Origin: Macrostomum lignano
Lineage: Eukaryota
Reading direction: 5' to 3'
Assembly: GCA_002269645.1 (NCBI GenBank)
Contig: NIVC01000546.1
Coordinates: forward strand, 282,395-346,394
Length of the DNA: 64,000 nucleotides
Numbering within the stretch: position 1 is the first letter of the stretch; each line of letters begins with the position of its first letter. Shown here piece after piece: positions 1-11,688 of this stretch. Made by a program: the position numbers and the translations under genes. The notes beneath the pieces were generated by a model, which saw only the letters and a program-made list of their open reading frames with translations, was not told the DNA's origin and searched no databases.

Positions 1-3000
1 TTCAGTTTGTTAGAATGCAATCAGAACAGATTCCTAGAAAGTGAGCTAGTCCAGCATCAAGGCAGAACATCTGGATGTGTAACGAGAGGCTCTTGGAGAT
101 TCCTGGCTCAGATTATCGCCTAGAAGTGCTTTGGAGTAGCTGGTCCACCTAACCTACAGACACAACTCGAACAGATTTCTGTCTGTTTGAGGCTCTGGAT
201 CTCAGAGCCGCCGAGAAAGTTTAGTGCCGAGAATGCTTCAGTTTGTTAGAATGCAATCAGAACAGATTCCTAGAAAGTGAGCCAGTCCAGCATCAAGGCA
301 GAACATCTGTTTGTGTAACGAGAGGCTCTCGGAGATTCCTGGCTCAGATTATCGCCTAGAAGTGCTTTGGAGTAGCTGGTCCACCTAACCTACAGACACA
401 ACTCGAACAGATTTCTCTGTCTGTTTGAGGCTCTGACTCTCAGAGCCGCCGAGAAAGTTTAGTGCCGAGAATGCTTCAGTTTGTTAGAATGCAATCAGAA
501 CAGATTCCTAGAAAGTGAGCTAGTCCAGCATCAAGGTAGAACATCTGGATGTGTAACGAAAGTCTCTCGGAGACTCCTGGCTCAGATTATCGCCTAGAAG
601 TGCTTTGGAGTATCTGGTCCACCTAACCTACAGACACAACTCGAACAGATTTCTCTGTCTGTTTGAGGCTCTGGCTCTTAGGTGGTCCACATAACCTACA
701 GACACAACTGAAGCAGCTCTCTCAGTCTGTTTGAGGCTTTGGCTCTCAGAAGGTGGTCCACCTAACCTACAGACACAACTCGAACAGATTTCTCTGTCTG
801 TTTGAGGCTCTGGCTCTTAGAGCCGCCGAGAAAGTTTAGTGCAGAAAATGCTTCAGTTTGTTAGAATGCAATCAGAACAGATTCCTAGAAAGTGAGCTAG
901 TCCAGCATCAAGGCAGAACATCTGGATGTGTAACGAAAGTCTCTCGGAGACTCCTGGCTCAGATTATCGCCTAGAAGTGCTTTGGAGTATCTGGTCCACC
1001 TAACCTACAGACACAACTCGAACAGATTTCTCTGTCTGTTTGAGGCTCTGGCTCTCAGAGCCGCCGAGAAAGTTTAGTGCCGAGAATGCTTCAGTTTGTT
1101 AGAATGCAATCAGAACAGATTCCTAGAAAGTGAGCTAGTCCAGCATCAAGGCAGAACATCTGGATGTGTAACGAGAGGCTCTCGGAGATTCCTGGCTCAG
1201 ATTATCGCCTAGAAGTGCTGTAGAATAGCTGGTCCACCTAACCTACAGACACAACTCGAACAGATTTCTCTGTCTGTTTGAGGCTCCGGCTCTCAGAGCC
1301 GCCGAGAAAGTTTAGTGCCGAGAATGCTTCAGTTTGTTAGAATGCAATCAGAACAGATTCCTAGAAAGTGAGCTAGTCCAGCATCAAGGTAGAACATCTG
1401 GATGTGTAACGAAAGTCTCTCGGAGACTCCTGGCTCAGATTATCGCCTAGAAGTGCTTTGGAGTAGCTGGTCCACCTAACCTACAGACACAACTGAAGCA
1501 GCTCTCTCAGTCTGTTTGAGGCTTTGGCTCTCAGAAGGTGGTCCACCTAACCTACAGACACAACTCGAACAGATTTCTGTCTGTTTGAGGCTCTGGATCT
1601 CAGAGCCGCCGAGAAAGTTTAGTGCCGAGAATGCTTCAGTTTGTTAGAATGCAATCAGAACAGATTCCTAGAAAGTGAGCCAGTCCAGCATCAAGGCAGA
1701 ACATCTGTATGTGTAATGAGAGGCTCTCGGAGATTCCTGGCTCAGATTATCGCCTAGAAGTGCTTTGGAGTAGCTGGTCCACCTAACCTACAGACACAAC
1801 TCGAACAGATTTCTCTGTCTGTTTGAGGCTCTGGCTCTTAGGTGGTCCACATAACCTACAGACACAACTGAAGCAGCTCTCTCAGTCTGTTTGAGGCTTT
1901 GGCTCTCAGAAGGTGGTCCACCTAACCTACAGACACAACTCGAACAGATTTCTCTGTCTGTTTGAGGCTCTGGCTCTTAGAGCCGCCGAGAAAGTTTAGT
2001 GCAGAAAATGCTTCAGTTTGTTAGAATGCAATCAGAACAGATTCCTAGAAAGTGAGCTAGTCCAGCATCAAGGCAGAACATCTGGATGTGTAACGAAAGT
2101 CTCTCGGAGACTCCTGGCTCAGATTATCGCCTAGAAGTGCTTTGGAGTATCTGGTCCACCTAACCTACAGACACAACTCGAACAGATTTCTGTCTGTTTG
2201 AGGCTCTGGATCTCAGAGCCGCCGAGAAAGTTTAGTGCCGAGAATGCTTCAGTTTGTTAGAATGCAATCAGAACAGATTCCTAGAAAGTGAGCTAGTCCA
2301 GCATCAAGGCAGAACATCTGTATGTGTAATGAGAGGCTCTCGGAGATTCCTGGCTCAGATTATCGCCTAGAAGTGCTTTGGAGTAGCTGGCCCACCTAAC
2401 CTACAGACACAACTCGAACAGATTTCTCTGTCTGTTTGAGGCTCTGGCTCTTAGGTGGTCCACATAACCTACAGACACAACTGAAGCAGCTCTCTCAGTC
2501 TGTTTGAGGCTTTGGCTCTCAGAAGGTGGTCCACCTAGCCTACAGACACAACTCGAACAGATTTCTTTGTCTGTTTGAGGCTCTGGCTCTTAGAGCCGCC
2601 GAGAAAGTTTAGTGCCGAGAATGCTTCAGTTTGTTAGAATGCAATCAGAACAGATTCCTAGAAAGTGAGCTAGTCCAGCATCAAGGTAGAACATCTGGAT
2701 GTGTAACGAGAGGCTCTCGGAGATTCCTGGCTCAGATTATCGCCTAGAAGTGCTTTGGAGTAGCTGGTCCACCTAACCTACAGACACAACTCGAACAGAT
2801 TTCTCTGTCTGTTTGAGGCTCTGGCTCTCAGAGCCGCCGAGAAAGTTTAGTGCCGAGAATGCTTCAGTTTGTTAGAATGCAATCAGAACAGATTCCTAGA
2901 AAGTGAGCCAGTCCAGCATCAAGGCAGAACATCTGTATGTGTAATGAGAGGCTCTCGGAGATTCCTGGCTCAGATTATCGCCTAGAAGTGCTTTGGAGTA

Positions 3001-4620
3001 GCTGGTCCACCTAACCTACAGACACAACTCGAACAGATTTCTCTGTCTGTTTGAGGCTCTGGCTCTTAGGTGGTCCACATAACCTACAGACACAACTGAA
3101 GCAGCTCTCTCAGTCTGTTTGAGGCTTTGGCTCTCAGAAGGTGGTCCACCTAACCTACAGACACAACTCGAACAGATTTCTCTGTCTGTTTGAGGCTCTG
3201 GCTCTTAGAGCCGCCGAGAAAGTTTAGTGCAGAAAATGCTTCAGTTTGTTAGAATGCAATCAGAACAGATTCCTAGAAAGTGAGCTAGTCCAGCATCAAG
3301 GCAGAACATCTGGATGTGTAACGAAAGTCTCTCGGAGACTCCTGGCTCAGATTATCGCCTAGAAGTGCTTTGGAGTATCTGGTCCACCTAACCTACAGAC
3401 ACAACTCGAACAGATTTCTGTCTGTTTGAGGCTCTGGATCTCAGAGCCGCCGAGAAAGTTTAGTGCCGAGAATGCTTCAGTTTGTTAGAATGCAATCAGA
3501 ACAGATTCCTAGAAAGTGAGCTAGTCCAGCATCAAGGCAGAACATCTGTATGTGTAATGAGAGGCTCTCGGAGATTCCTGGCTCAGATTATCGCCTAGAA
3601 GTGCTTTGGAGTAGCTGGCCCACCTAACCTACAGACACAACTCGAACAGATTTCTCTGTCTGTTTGAGGCTCTGGCTCTTAGGTGGTCCACATAACCTAC
3701 AGACACAACTGAAGCAGCTCTCTCAGTCTGTTTGAGGCTTTGGCTCTCAGAAGGTGGTCCACCTAGCCTACAGACACAACTCGAACAGATTTCTTTGTCT
3801 GTTTGAGGCTCTGGCTCTTAGAGCCGCCGAGAAAGTTTAGTGCCGAGAATGCTTCAGTTTGTTAGAATGCAATCAGAACAGATTCCTAGAAAGTGAGCTA
3901 GTCCAGCATCAAGGTAGAACATCTGGATGTGTAACGAGAGGCTCTCGGAGATTCCTGGCTCAGATTATCGCCTAGAAGTGCTTTGGAGTAGCTGGTCCAC
4001 CTAACCTACAGACACAACTCGAACAGATTTCTCTGTCTGTTTGAGGCTCTGGCTCTCAGAGCCGCCGAGAAAGTTTAGTGCCGAGAATGCTTCAGTTTGT
4101 TAGAATGCAATCAGAACAGATTCCTAGAAAGTGAGCTAGTCCAGCATCAAGGCAGAACATCTGGATGTGTAACGAGAGGCTCTCGGAGATTCCTGGCTCA
4201 GATTATCGCCTAGAAGTGCTTTGGAGTAGCTGGTCCACCTAACCTACAGACACAACTCGAACAGATTTCTCTGTCTGTTTGAGGCTCTGGCTCTTAGGTG
4301 GTCCACATAACCTACAGACACAACTGAAGCAGCTCTCTCAGTCTGTTTGAGGCTTTGGCTCTCAGAAGGTGGTCCACCTAACCTACAGACACAACTCGAA
4401 CAGATTTCTCTGTCTGTTTGAGGCTCTGGCTCTTAGGTGGTCCACATAACCTATAGACAACTGAAGCAGCTCTCTCAGTCTGTTTGAGCTTTGGCTCTCA
4501 GAAGGTGGTTCACCTCACCTACAGACACAACTCGAACAGATTTCTCTTTCTGTTTGAGGCTCTGGCTCTCAGGTGGTCCACATAACCTACAGACACAACT
4601 GGAACAGATTTCTGCGTCTG
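1..4620. repeat. Complex satellite array: 236-238 bp monomer plus optional ~70 bp submonomers, with a 1228 bp higher-order repeat
   Basis: The motif TTCAGTTTGTTAGAATGC recurs at 1, 237, 475, 852, 1090, 1328, 1635, 2012, 2248, 2625, 2863, 3240, 3476, 3853 and 4091 (spacings 236/238/307/377). The block 377+236+377+238 occurs twice (1635-2863, 2863-4091). Confidence 0.95.
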
Positions 4621-5698
4621 TTTGATTATCAGTTAATTTTATTTTCTACCTTTGTAGGAGCCTGTGGTTGATTTTGTTCGCCTGAGCTCGACGAGACTGA
4701 CTGCGTTTCACCGAGATGAAGGTTAAAACGAACTGTAAAAGAAGATTCAAACCACTAATTGACGAGAAATATAGAAAGGTTCATCATAGAGCTGAGCTGA
4801 CGAAAGCGGATTCGATGGCTGAGTAAGCTGAAATTCGTGAGAGAGGCAATGACAGATCAATAACAGAAGCGGTCCCGGACCACGGAGGCAGGGAAGGTCC
4901 AGGAGAATATTTCGTAGAAAAATAAGAAGATTAAGCCATCATCTGCGTGAACGAAAAGATGAAAGTCGGTAAAATGATTGGCTTATCATATGATTGCTCA
5001 CCAACTCATTCAGTATAATAGGACTGATGTAGTCAAATCAATTTAATTTCAGTTTTAGTAACTTTTGTCGTTATTAAAAATGCCCTTCAACTTCTTGTAG
5101 GCTCGTACTCGGATGACCTTTTTAACTAATGGAATCTTACGTTTGTTAACATGTACTTGAAGCATACACTTTGACCTAAATTAGTTTTAATGAGTTTACA
5201 GTTAGTATTTGATATGATTCTGTATTTATTTTCAAAATGCTTTATTTTCATTCACCTTCTTGTATTCACGCGACGCAACTAACTAATGCGATCGTACATT
5301 TGTTTAACCCGATTAACCCGATTAATAATGCTAAATAAATTGGTTTGAACTTGGGATATTTTCATTAAATAACGTCGTAACCCTTTTATCTGTTCTTTTT
5401 GAGAATTTCTGTTTTAATTAGTTCAAAAGAACAGTTTAAAGCAATAAATTTTCTACAACGAAAGAGGTCTAACTTAACCAACTGTTTTTTTGCGGTCCAC
5501 CTAACCCGGTCCCCAAAACGTAGTTAGTGAACCACCACAGTTTCCCCGAACTGGCTATTCCGTCAAGTTAACAAAAAGATAACCCTAGCTAGCCTTTCGC
5601 GTTGTCAAAACAGACTCTATTTTTTAACCGGAATTGCGTGGTCCACGTAACGCATTAACATAACTCAGGTCCCGCTAAACACACAGACAGTCGTAAGA

Positions 5699-5898
<200 letters not shown>

Positions 5899-6789
5899 CT
5901 GCCCCCAGCCAAGTCACATGCAGGGCTGCAATAATTACCAAGAAAGAGAATGCGCTCCTCCATTCTACATAGGTAGAGATTGCAGTCTGGGCCCAGAACT
6001 TTAACTGCAAATAAGTACTTTTTGTAAAAGTCGACTTCATTATTCAGTGTCGCAATTGAATTTTGTAAACTTTCGAGACTGAAATTGGTGGTAACTTTTA
6101 TGACTAACCTTTCTTCGCTTTGAGAAGTTAATTTGGCCAAAGTGTTTGTTTTAACCTTTACGGCTTGAACTTTTGCTACTAAAACCGACTGGCAGTAAAA
6201 CAGATTTTACGGCTCAAAACCAGCAGCAATTTCGCTGTGTGGTTTAAACAAAAATTTGCTCCGAATGAAAACATTCGCGATTGGGCAAAATGGTTCTGCA
6301 GTCGAAAGGTAAACTTGCTCAAGTTAATTCCTAGTAGAAAAAGTACAAAAAGTGGCTCGGGCTGCAACTTACTGAGTTTTTTTCATCATGATCGTTGAGA
6401 AATATCTTGCCCAAGATTATTTGCATGAGCGATTAACTTCCTTCTGGTAGCGAGATTAAGTGTGAAATTCCTTTTTGCTTTTCTTGACTTGGAAAAGGAA
6501 TTGCGCAGATCTGCTTCTTAAATTGTTTACCTATTCCAGGAAATATTGGACTGTTTGCTGAGTGAAAATGAGGAACTTCATTAAATCGAATACCCGATCT
6601 ACGCTCAAGTACACTATGAACGCGTGTCTCTTAGTCTTCAATGTATATTATAATAGATAGAAGTGTACGGTATAAAGATAACTATACAGACTCAGATGAC
6701 GCTGTAGATGTTATTCCAAGTTTCAGGGAATAGTGAGTATGCAAAACTATATAACGCTCAATCTAGGAGAAGAGGGTGAATGTCGTCTA

Positions 6790-7276
6790 TGGGAATTTTG
6801 TAGAGAACGTGACTTCGAATTTGTCTAAGTAAAGGAAATTCGTCAGCCTCCAGCATGCAGGTCATGTGTGTACACGAATCTGACCTCTTGTGCCACGTCA
6901 CTATTCCGATCTCTATGAAGTCGTCGTCCATCCTTCAATGTAATGCACAAAGTCCCGTCAATCCGATGACTCATTGTCTGCGTTGTCATATTGGGAGCTG
7001 CAGGAAAATCTACAACAAGCTTTCTTTGAGGGTCAGAGTCGCCTTCTCTTCCACAGACCTCGTCAGCGCACCGAGCATCTCATCAAAAACTTTAGTCTCA
7101 CTGCAACTCCACGCGCATTAAGATCAATCAAAGCCTCCAACACATCTCCTGATGATGTAATTGGCAGTTGTCTTCTTGGTGTCAAGTTCAATTGCGAGTT
7201 GTCTCCAGTCTCGTCCTTGTTTAAAACGTCGCACGAGTCTATAGCGATCCACAGACAAAATTATCGTATAGGGCAT
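6790..7276 (-). pseudogene. Decayed Tc1/mariner-IS630-like transposase fragment
   Basis: Manual minus-strand translation gives an HTH-like start MPYTIILSVDRYRLVRRFKQGRDWRQLAIELDTKKTTANYIIRR. After frameshifts and stops come TKVFDEMLGALTRSVEEKATLTLKE, FPAAPNMTTQTMSHRIDG..ITLK and NFLYLDK, resembling the IS630/Tc1 N-terminus up to the first catalytic Asp. Recognised by eye only. Confidence 0.45.
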
Positions 7277-7571
7277 ATCTGACAACAAGCAAGGCATAAT
7301 GATTTCAAGAAATTGGTCTAGTTTTCAATAGACGAGGATTCACCCACTGTCTTACCTAAATTTACCATAGACACCTTATTTTCTTACCTTCACAGATAGT
7401 GAAACAATTAGTTGAATAAATATAGTTGTTCCACTCGTAGTATCTGTGCTTACCATAGACAAAGCAAATACGTTTTCTGATCAGGATGTATCTGCACTGG
7501 CGGATTTCATTTACTCAGACAAATTCAAAGTTAAAATGATATAACATGCATTCTCCGAAAGCAAAACACCA

Positions 7572-8771
7572 GGGGGTGTTTCATAGACCGCTTGTCAGAG
7601 TTACAAGTGACAAGTGAGCAGTGAGTAGCGATTTCCGTTTCATAGAATTACAAGTGACAAGTGACAAGTGACAAGTTCTGACAAGTGACAAGTGAGTAGT
7701 GACAAGTGCTAGTTACAAGCGGTTTGTTTCTTGAAGAGTGAGCAGCGTTTGATTTTCGACAAGCTTGAGTAGTCCCGCGAGATTTGACAAACTTGTAACT
7801 ATCAGAGTTCGCTTCGCGTGGCAACATGTTCGATTCTGTTTCGGACTCTTTGGACGAAGCTATTGGCCACGTTGCATTGGCAAAGAGACCCAGAATTTTT
7901 AAACCACGAATAAACTTTCAATTTGAGGATCGCGCCGATCATCACCAGTCACGATTTCGACTGACTGAGGAGGACGTGGATACAGTGTGTACTTTGATAG
8001 GACATCGCCTGCAGCACCCCACTCGAACGAATGTAGCTCTGGAGCCGTCACAGCAAGTGCGAATCGCCTTGCACTACCTAGCGACCGGTGCGAATTATAG
8101 CACAATTGCCGATGCTCATGGTGTGTCGAAACCGACAGTGAGCAGAGCTACATGTATGCATCGAGTAGTGAGTGCGGTGAACGATCTACTGCTGCCAGAG
8201 CTGGTGAAGTGGCCGGAGGGCGCCAACGCGAATCGACAATCTGCTGAAGAGTTCCGAGACATTGCTGGCCTGCCATGTGTGCTTGGCTGCATCGACGGCA
8301 CCCATGAACGAATAATGAAACCAAGTGTCAATCTGGAGCAGTATGTGAATCGCCACGGTAATGCTTCCGTGAATGTGATGCTAGTGTGTGACCCCAATCA
8401 TCGATTCTTGTACGTGTCCGCAAGGTGGCCTGGGGCAGTTAATGACGCCAGGGTTTTTCGGAGAAGCACACTGCAAGAACTGCTGGGTGCTGGATGGCGA
8501 CCTCACCCAAATGGCTATCTCCTTGGTGACAGCGCCTATCCGAACAGAGACTATTTGCTGACACCCCTGCCAGTGGCCAACACACCTCAGGAGGCGGCGT
8601 ACAACCGTGATGTTTGGCCCATAGATATTTAGTTCACTACTCAGTCAGCTTGTAACTTGTCACTAGATTAACAAATCAGTCTATGAAACAAAAATCTGTA
8701 GCACTTGTAATTTTTTAACTTGTCACTTGTCACTATTCACTTGTAGCTTGTCAAATCTATGAAACACCCCC
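7572..8771 (+). mobile_element. PIF/Harbinger DNA transposon, internally deleted
   Basis: TIRs GGGGGTGTTTCATAGA (7572) and TCTATGAAACACCCCC (8756-8771). Subterminal ACAAGTG repeats on the left are mirrored as CACTTGT on the right. Contains a Harbinger transposase ORF. Confidence 0.88.
7826..8632 (+). pseudogene. HARBI1-like (DDE_Tnp_4) transposase, C-terminally truncated at 268 aa
   Basis: Motifs ALHYLATG (HTH), GCIDGTH, RWPGAVND and LLGDSAYP are present. The ORF ends just after EAAYNR, before the helix carrying the third catalytic Glu. Confidence 0.85.
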
Positions 8772-10090
8772 CCCCCCAGATCTTCTGGAAGTGAAAGCTT
8801 CCAGACAAGGGATCCAGACTAAGTGAGATACATAATTTGATTTTTTCCAACTCCCACAGAAATTATCCCGTGAAACAATTTCGCTGCTCATTGGTATCGT
8901 GCCGCGCAAAAGTACAACCCACAATAAAATGGCGCGCAAATATAGAAGGCACGCCCGTCCAGAATCTGGGGTTCCGCGCCTACATATGGGTACTTTTATT
9001 GCAGACTGGCGGCATAAAAGTCGAATTGTCGTGGGAATGGAAGGCTGACCTTGCGTGTTCCAGACAGAGATCAACTACCTTCTCGTGGAAGAGGAGTCTG
9101 GACTCGGAAGAGAAGTTGCAGACGTCGCAGTACTGAAGTCTGGCCCAGAACTGGGCCGGATGAGTTCGGAGTGATACGGTTTAACAGTGCAGACTTGTCT
9201 CATTCACGCTACTTCGCAGAAAGTCACAGACCACAGGCCGCAACTTTGTTCCCTCATTTAGCTTTGACATTTTGTGTTCGAATTTAGAATTGTTCACTTG
9301 CTTTCGAAAATCATCATTGAAATTTTGCTATTGCTTTATTATTATTGTGTTTAACTTGTGTGTAAGTCAGGAAGTGTACTATAGCTCACGCAAGATATTA
9401 AGTCCGGTACTCCTTGCCAAATTTAAATGTGGCGCTCCAGAGGTCTGTTCTAATCCAGGGTTCTGCAGTTGTGCAGCAACACTTTGTCTTGTCTCGACAA
9501 CAGCCTGAAACAACACGGAGCTTTGGCGGTCAAGGCAAGGTTTGGGACGGAACGGAACGGAGCAGTGTAGCGGTTGACTCACATTACTCGCGCGCGACGA
9601 CACCTGGTTCAATTTCATGCGATTCACCAGAAAAATCTCATCTCATTCTCGTCTGAAGGATGACATTGAGGCTGCAATTTTGTCGAGATGGGAGGGAGCT
9701 TTCATGGCCTTTGGTAGCTTTTTATCTCAGCAATTAATTCTCGATCACCCACTTCGTGCCTTGAGGGGACCTTCGTTCCTAAACGCCTACGATTCTAGGC
9801 CCTGACTTTCTAATCGTCCAGGCATGCACGCTCTCTGTGCCTTGGAGATTGGCCCTCATAGGTGTGAATCGCTCGACCACGACACAAGCAGGCATCTCTG
9901 AGAACTGCTACATGTACATGATCGTGTCCAAAAGGGCACTAAAAAGCTTGGTATACTCGTATGACGTTGAACGATCGGCCTCAACGTTTTTAAGTGTTGT
10001 CCAGGAGCAATAGCTAAACTTTTTAAAGTATTATGCATAGAAAACTTTAAGACGCCTCAAAACAGTCAGTATCAGTATGATAAAGGAGAA

Positions 10091-10814
10091 TGTGAACTTA
10101 AGAGTCCAAATGGAGCCCGAAATATCCGGTCCTGATTTCTCTACGCCAGTCCCTTCATTTGGAGCTTTAACTGCTTGAATGACGAGATGACCATGATAAA
10201 CGCTCTTTTTATGTTTGTATGAAGACAAGGAGCGATAGTAATATTATGTTATGCCTCCATTATGTTATCTCTTAATAATGTTTGTTATCCCCCGCCCCCA
10301 CCCCAGCTCATTCAGCGTTTTTGTGAACGCGTGCTTCATTCTGCCTATCCACTCGTTGTACATCGTTGTACATCGTTGGTGCTTATTACCTTATCACGTG
10401 ATTAATCTACCTTCTTGACGAAAAATACACTGAAAAAAGTTCTCAAGACATATTGAGGCTTTGATTTGCGTAAAACCACAGCTTGGAACGTTCACCATTC
10501 TTCAGTAACTCCGAAACGTACATGCCCTGAATCATTCTCATGCAACTAACGTCAAGTTTCATTAATGGCTATATACTAGAGGGTCCTGAGAAAAAAACAC
10601 AATGAAAACAAATTTAAACTCAAAATAACATTAGGAGGTTTTCCGATCACATGAAATCCCCATTCATCCCATTTCTCCCCATAGAGATACCCAAATGCTA
10701 AAGTGGTCGGTTTTGGACATAACGGGAGTTATTTGACGCCATGCAAATGAGGAGATTGGCTTAGAGAAATCAGGACCGGATGTTTCGGGCTCCATTCTGA
10801 CTCTTAAGTTCACA
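10091..10814. mobile_element. Putative non-autonomous TIR element (MITE-like) with ~70 bp inverted repeats
   Basis: TGTGAACTTAAGAGTCCAAATGGAGCCCGAAATATCCGGTCCTGATTTCTCT (from 10091) matches the reverse complement of ~10744-10814 with few mismatches. Non-coding interior; no TSD recognised. Confidence 0.6.
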
Positions 10815-11688
10815 GCCTCGTTTCTTCGTATGACAACAGTATGGCGACAATCTGCTTCCTTCAACATTAGCAGCAGGGTTAAAGTTACTCGCATTTCTTT
10901 ACTTGTTTTAAAAACGAATTAATAATCCCTTTCTCCGGCTGAGTCCTTCGATAAATGAACTAACAAAAGCTGCTTTGGAAGTGCAGCTTGCATGCAATGA
11001 TGATGAATTTCTTGTGCTTTCAAAACGTTCTTAATAACCGACCTAAAAGTCAGTAAAGGGCCGATTCACCATCGAGTCTTGGTATATTGTTGTAGCAAAA
11101 AAGAAGAAAGGCAAAAACCATAAAAAGGAATCTATTAAGATAAGCGAAAAATAATATTTAGGAAACTACTCTCAGTAGGGATGAAAGCTAATTAGTGTCG
11201 GAAAGTACCCAAACTTGAAATAACGAGAGTACTTAGTTGGGTTAGAGAAGCAGAATTAGCGAGGGTCGCGCTGCTCGTTTTTTGAAACTTTCAAACTTTT
11301 TCGAAGGTTCAGTGCATAGTGTAGTATGATGACGTCATCAGTACAAGCTAGCTTGTTCCAGTAACCACCGGTCCTGTCTCAGTAGCAACGCATACTGATT
11401 TCATAACTGTGAATTTGATAGCCATCATGAGCTCAGTAAGTTTCCATGTAAAACGAATGTGACTAGCAAAATAGCAAAAATGAAATGAACTCTGTGTGAG
11501 AGAAATTTTCTTCCAGCAACGAATCCAGAATGATAGGAAATTAATGAATAAAAAACTAAAAAAATTGATGGCAGATTTCTCAAGCAGGAGCTAAAACAGG
11601 AGAGAGAATAGCGCCAGGAGAAAAAAGTTCGAGCAGGGGCATGGCGACAAAGCTGCTTCAACACAGCTCAAATCGTTGTCAAAAATCT

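Noticed and set aside
1-4620. CRISPR-like or hammerhead-bearing satellite
   Set aside because: No unique spacers, eukaryotic context, and no CUGAUGA/GAAA core on either strand.
9617-10030. Protein-like minus-strand reading with several stops
   Set aside because: Could be a decayed coding fragment, but no family could be assigned.
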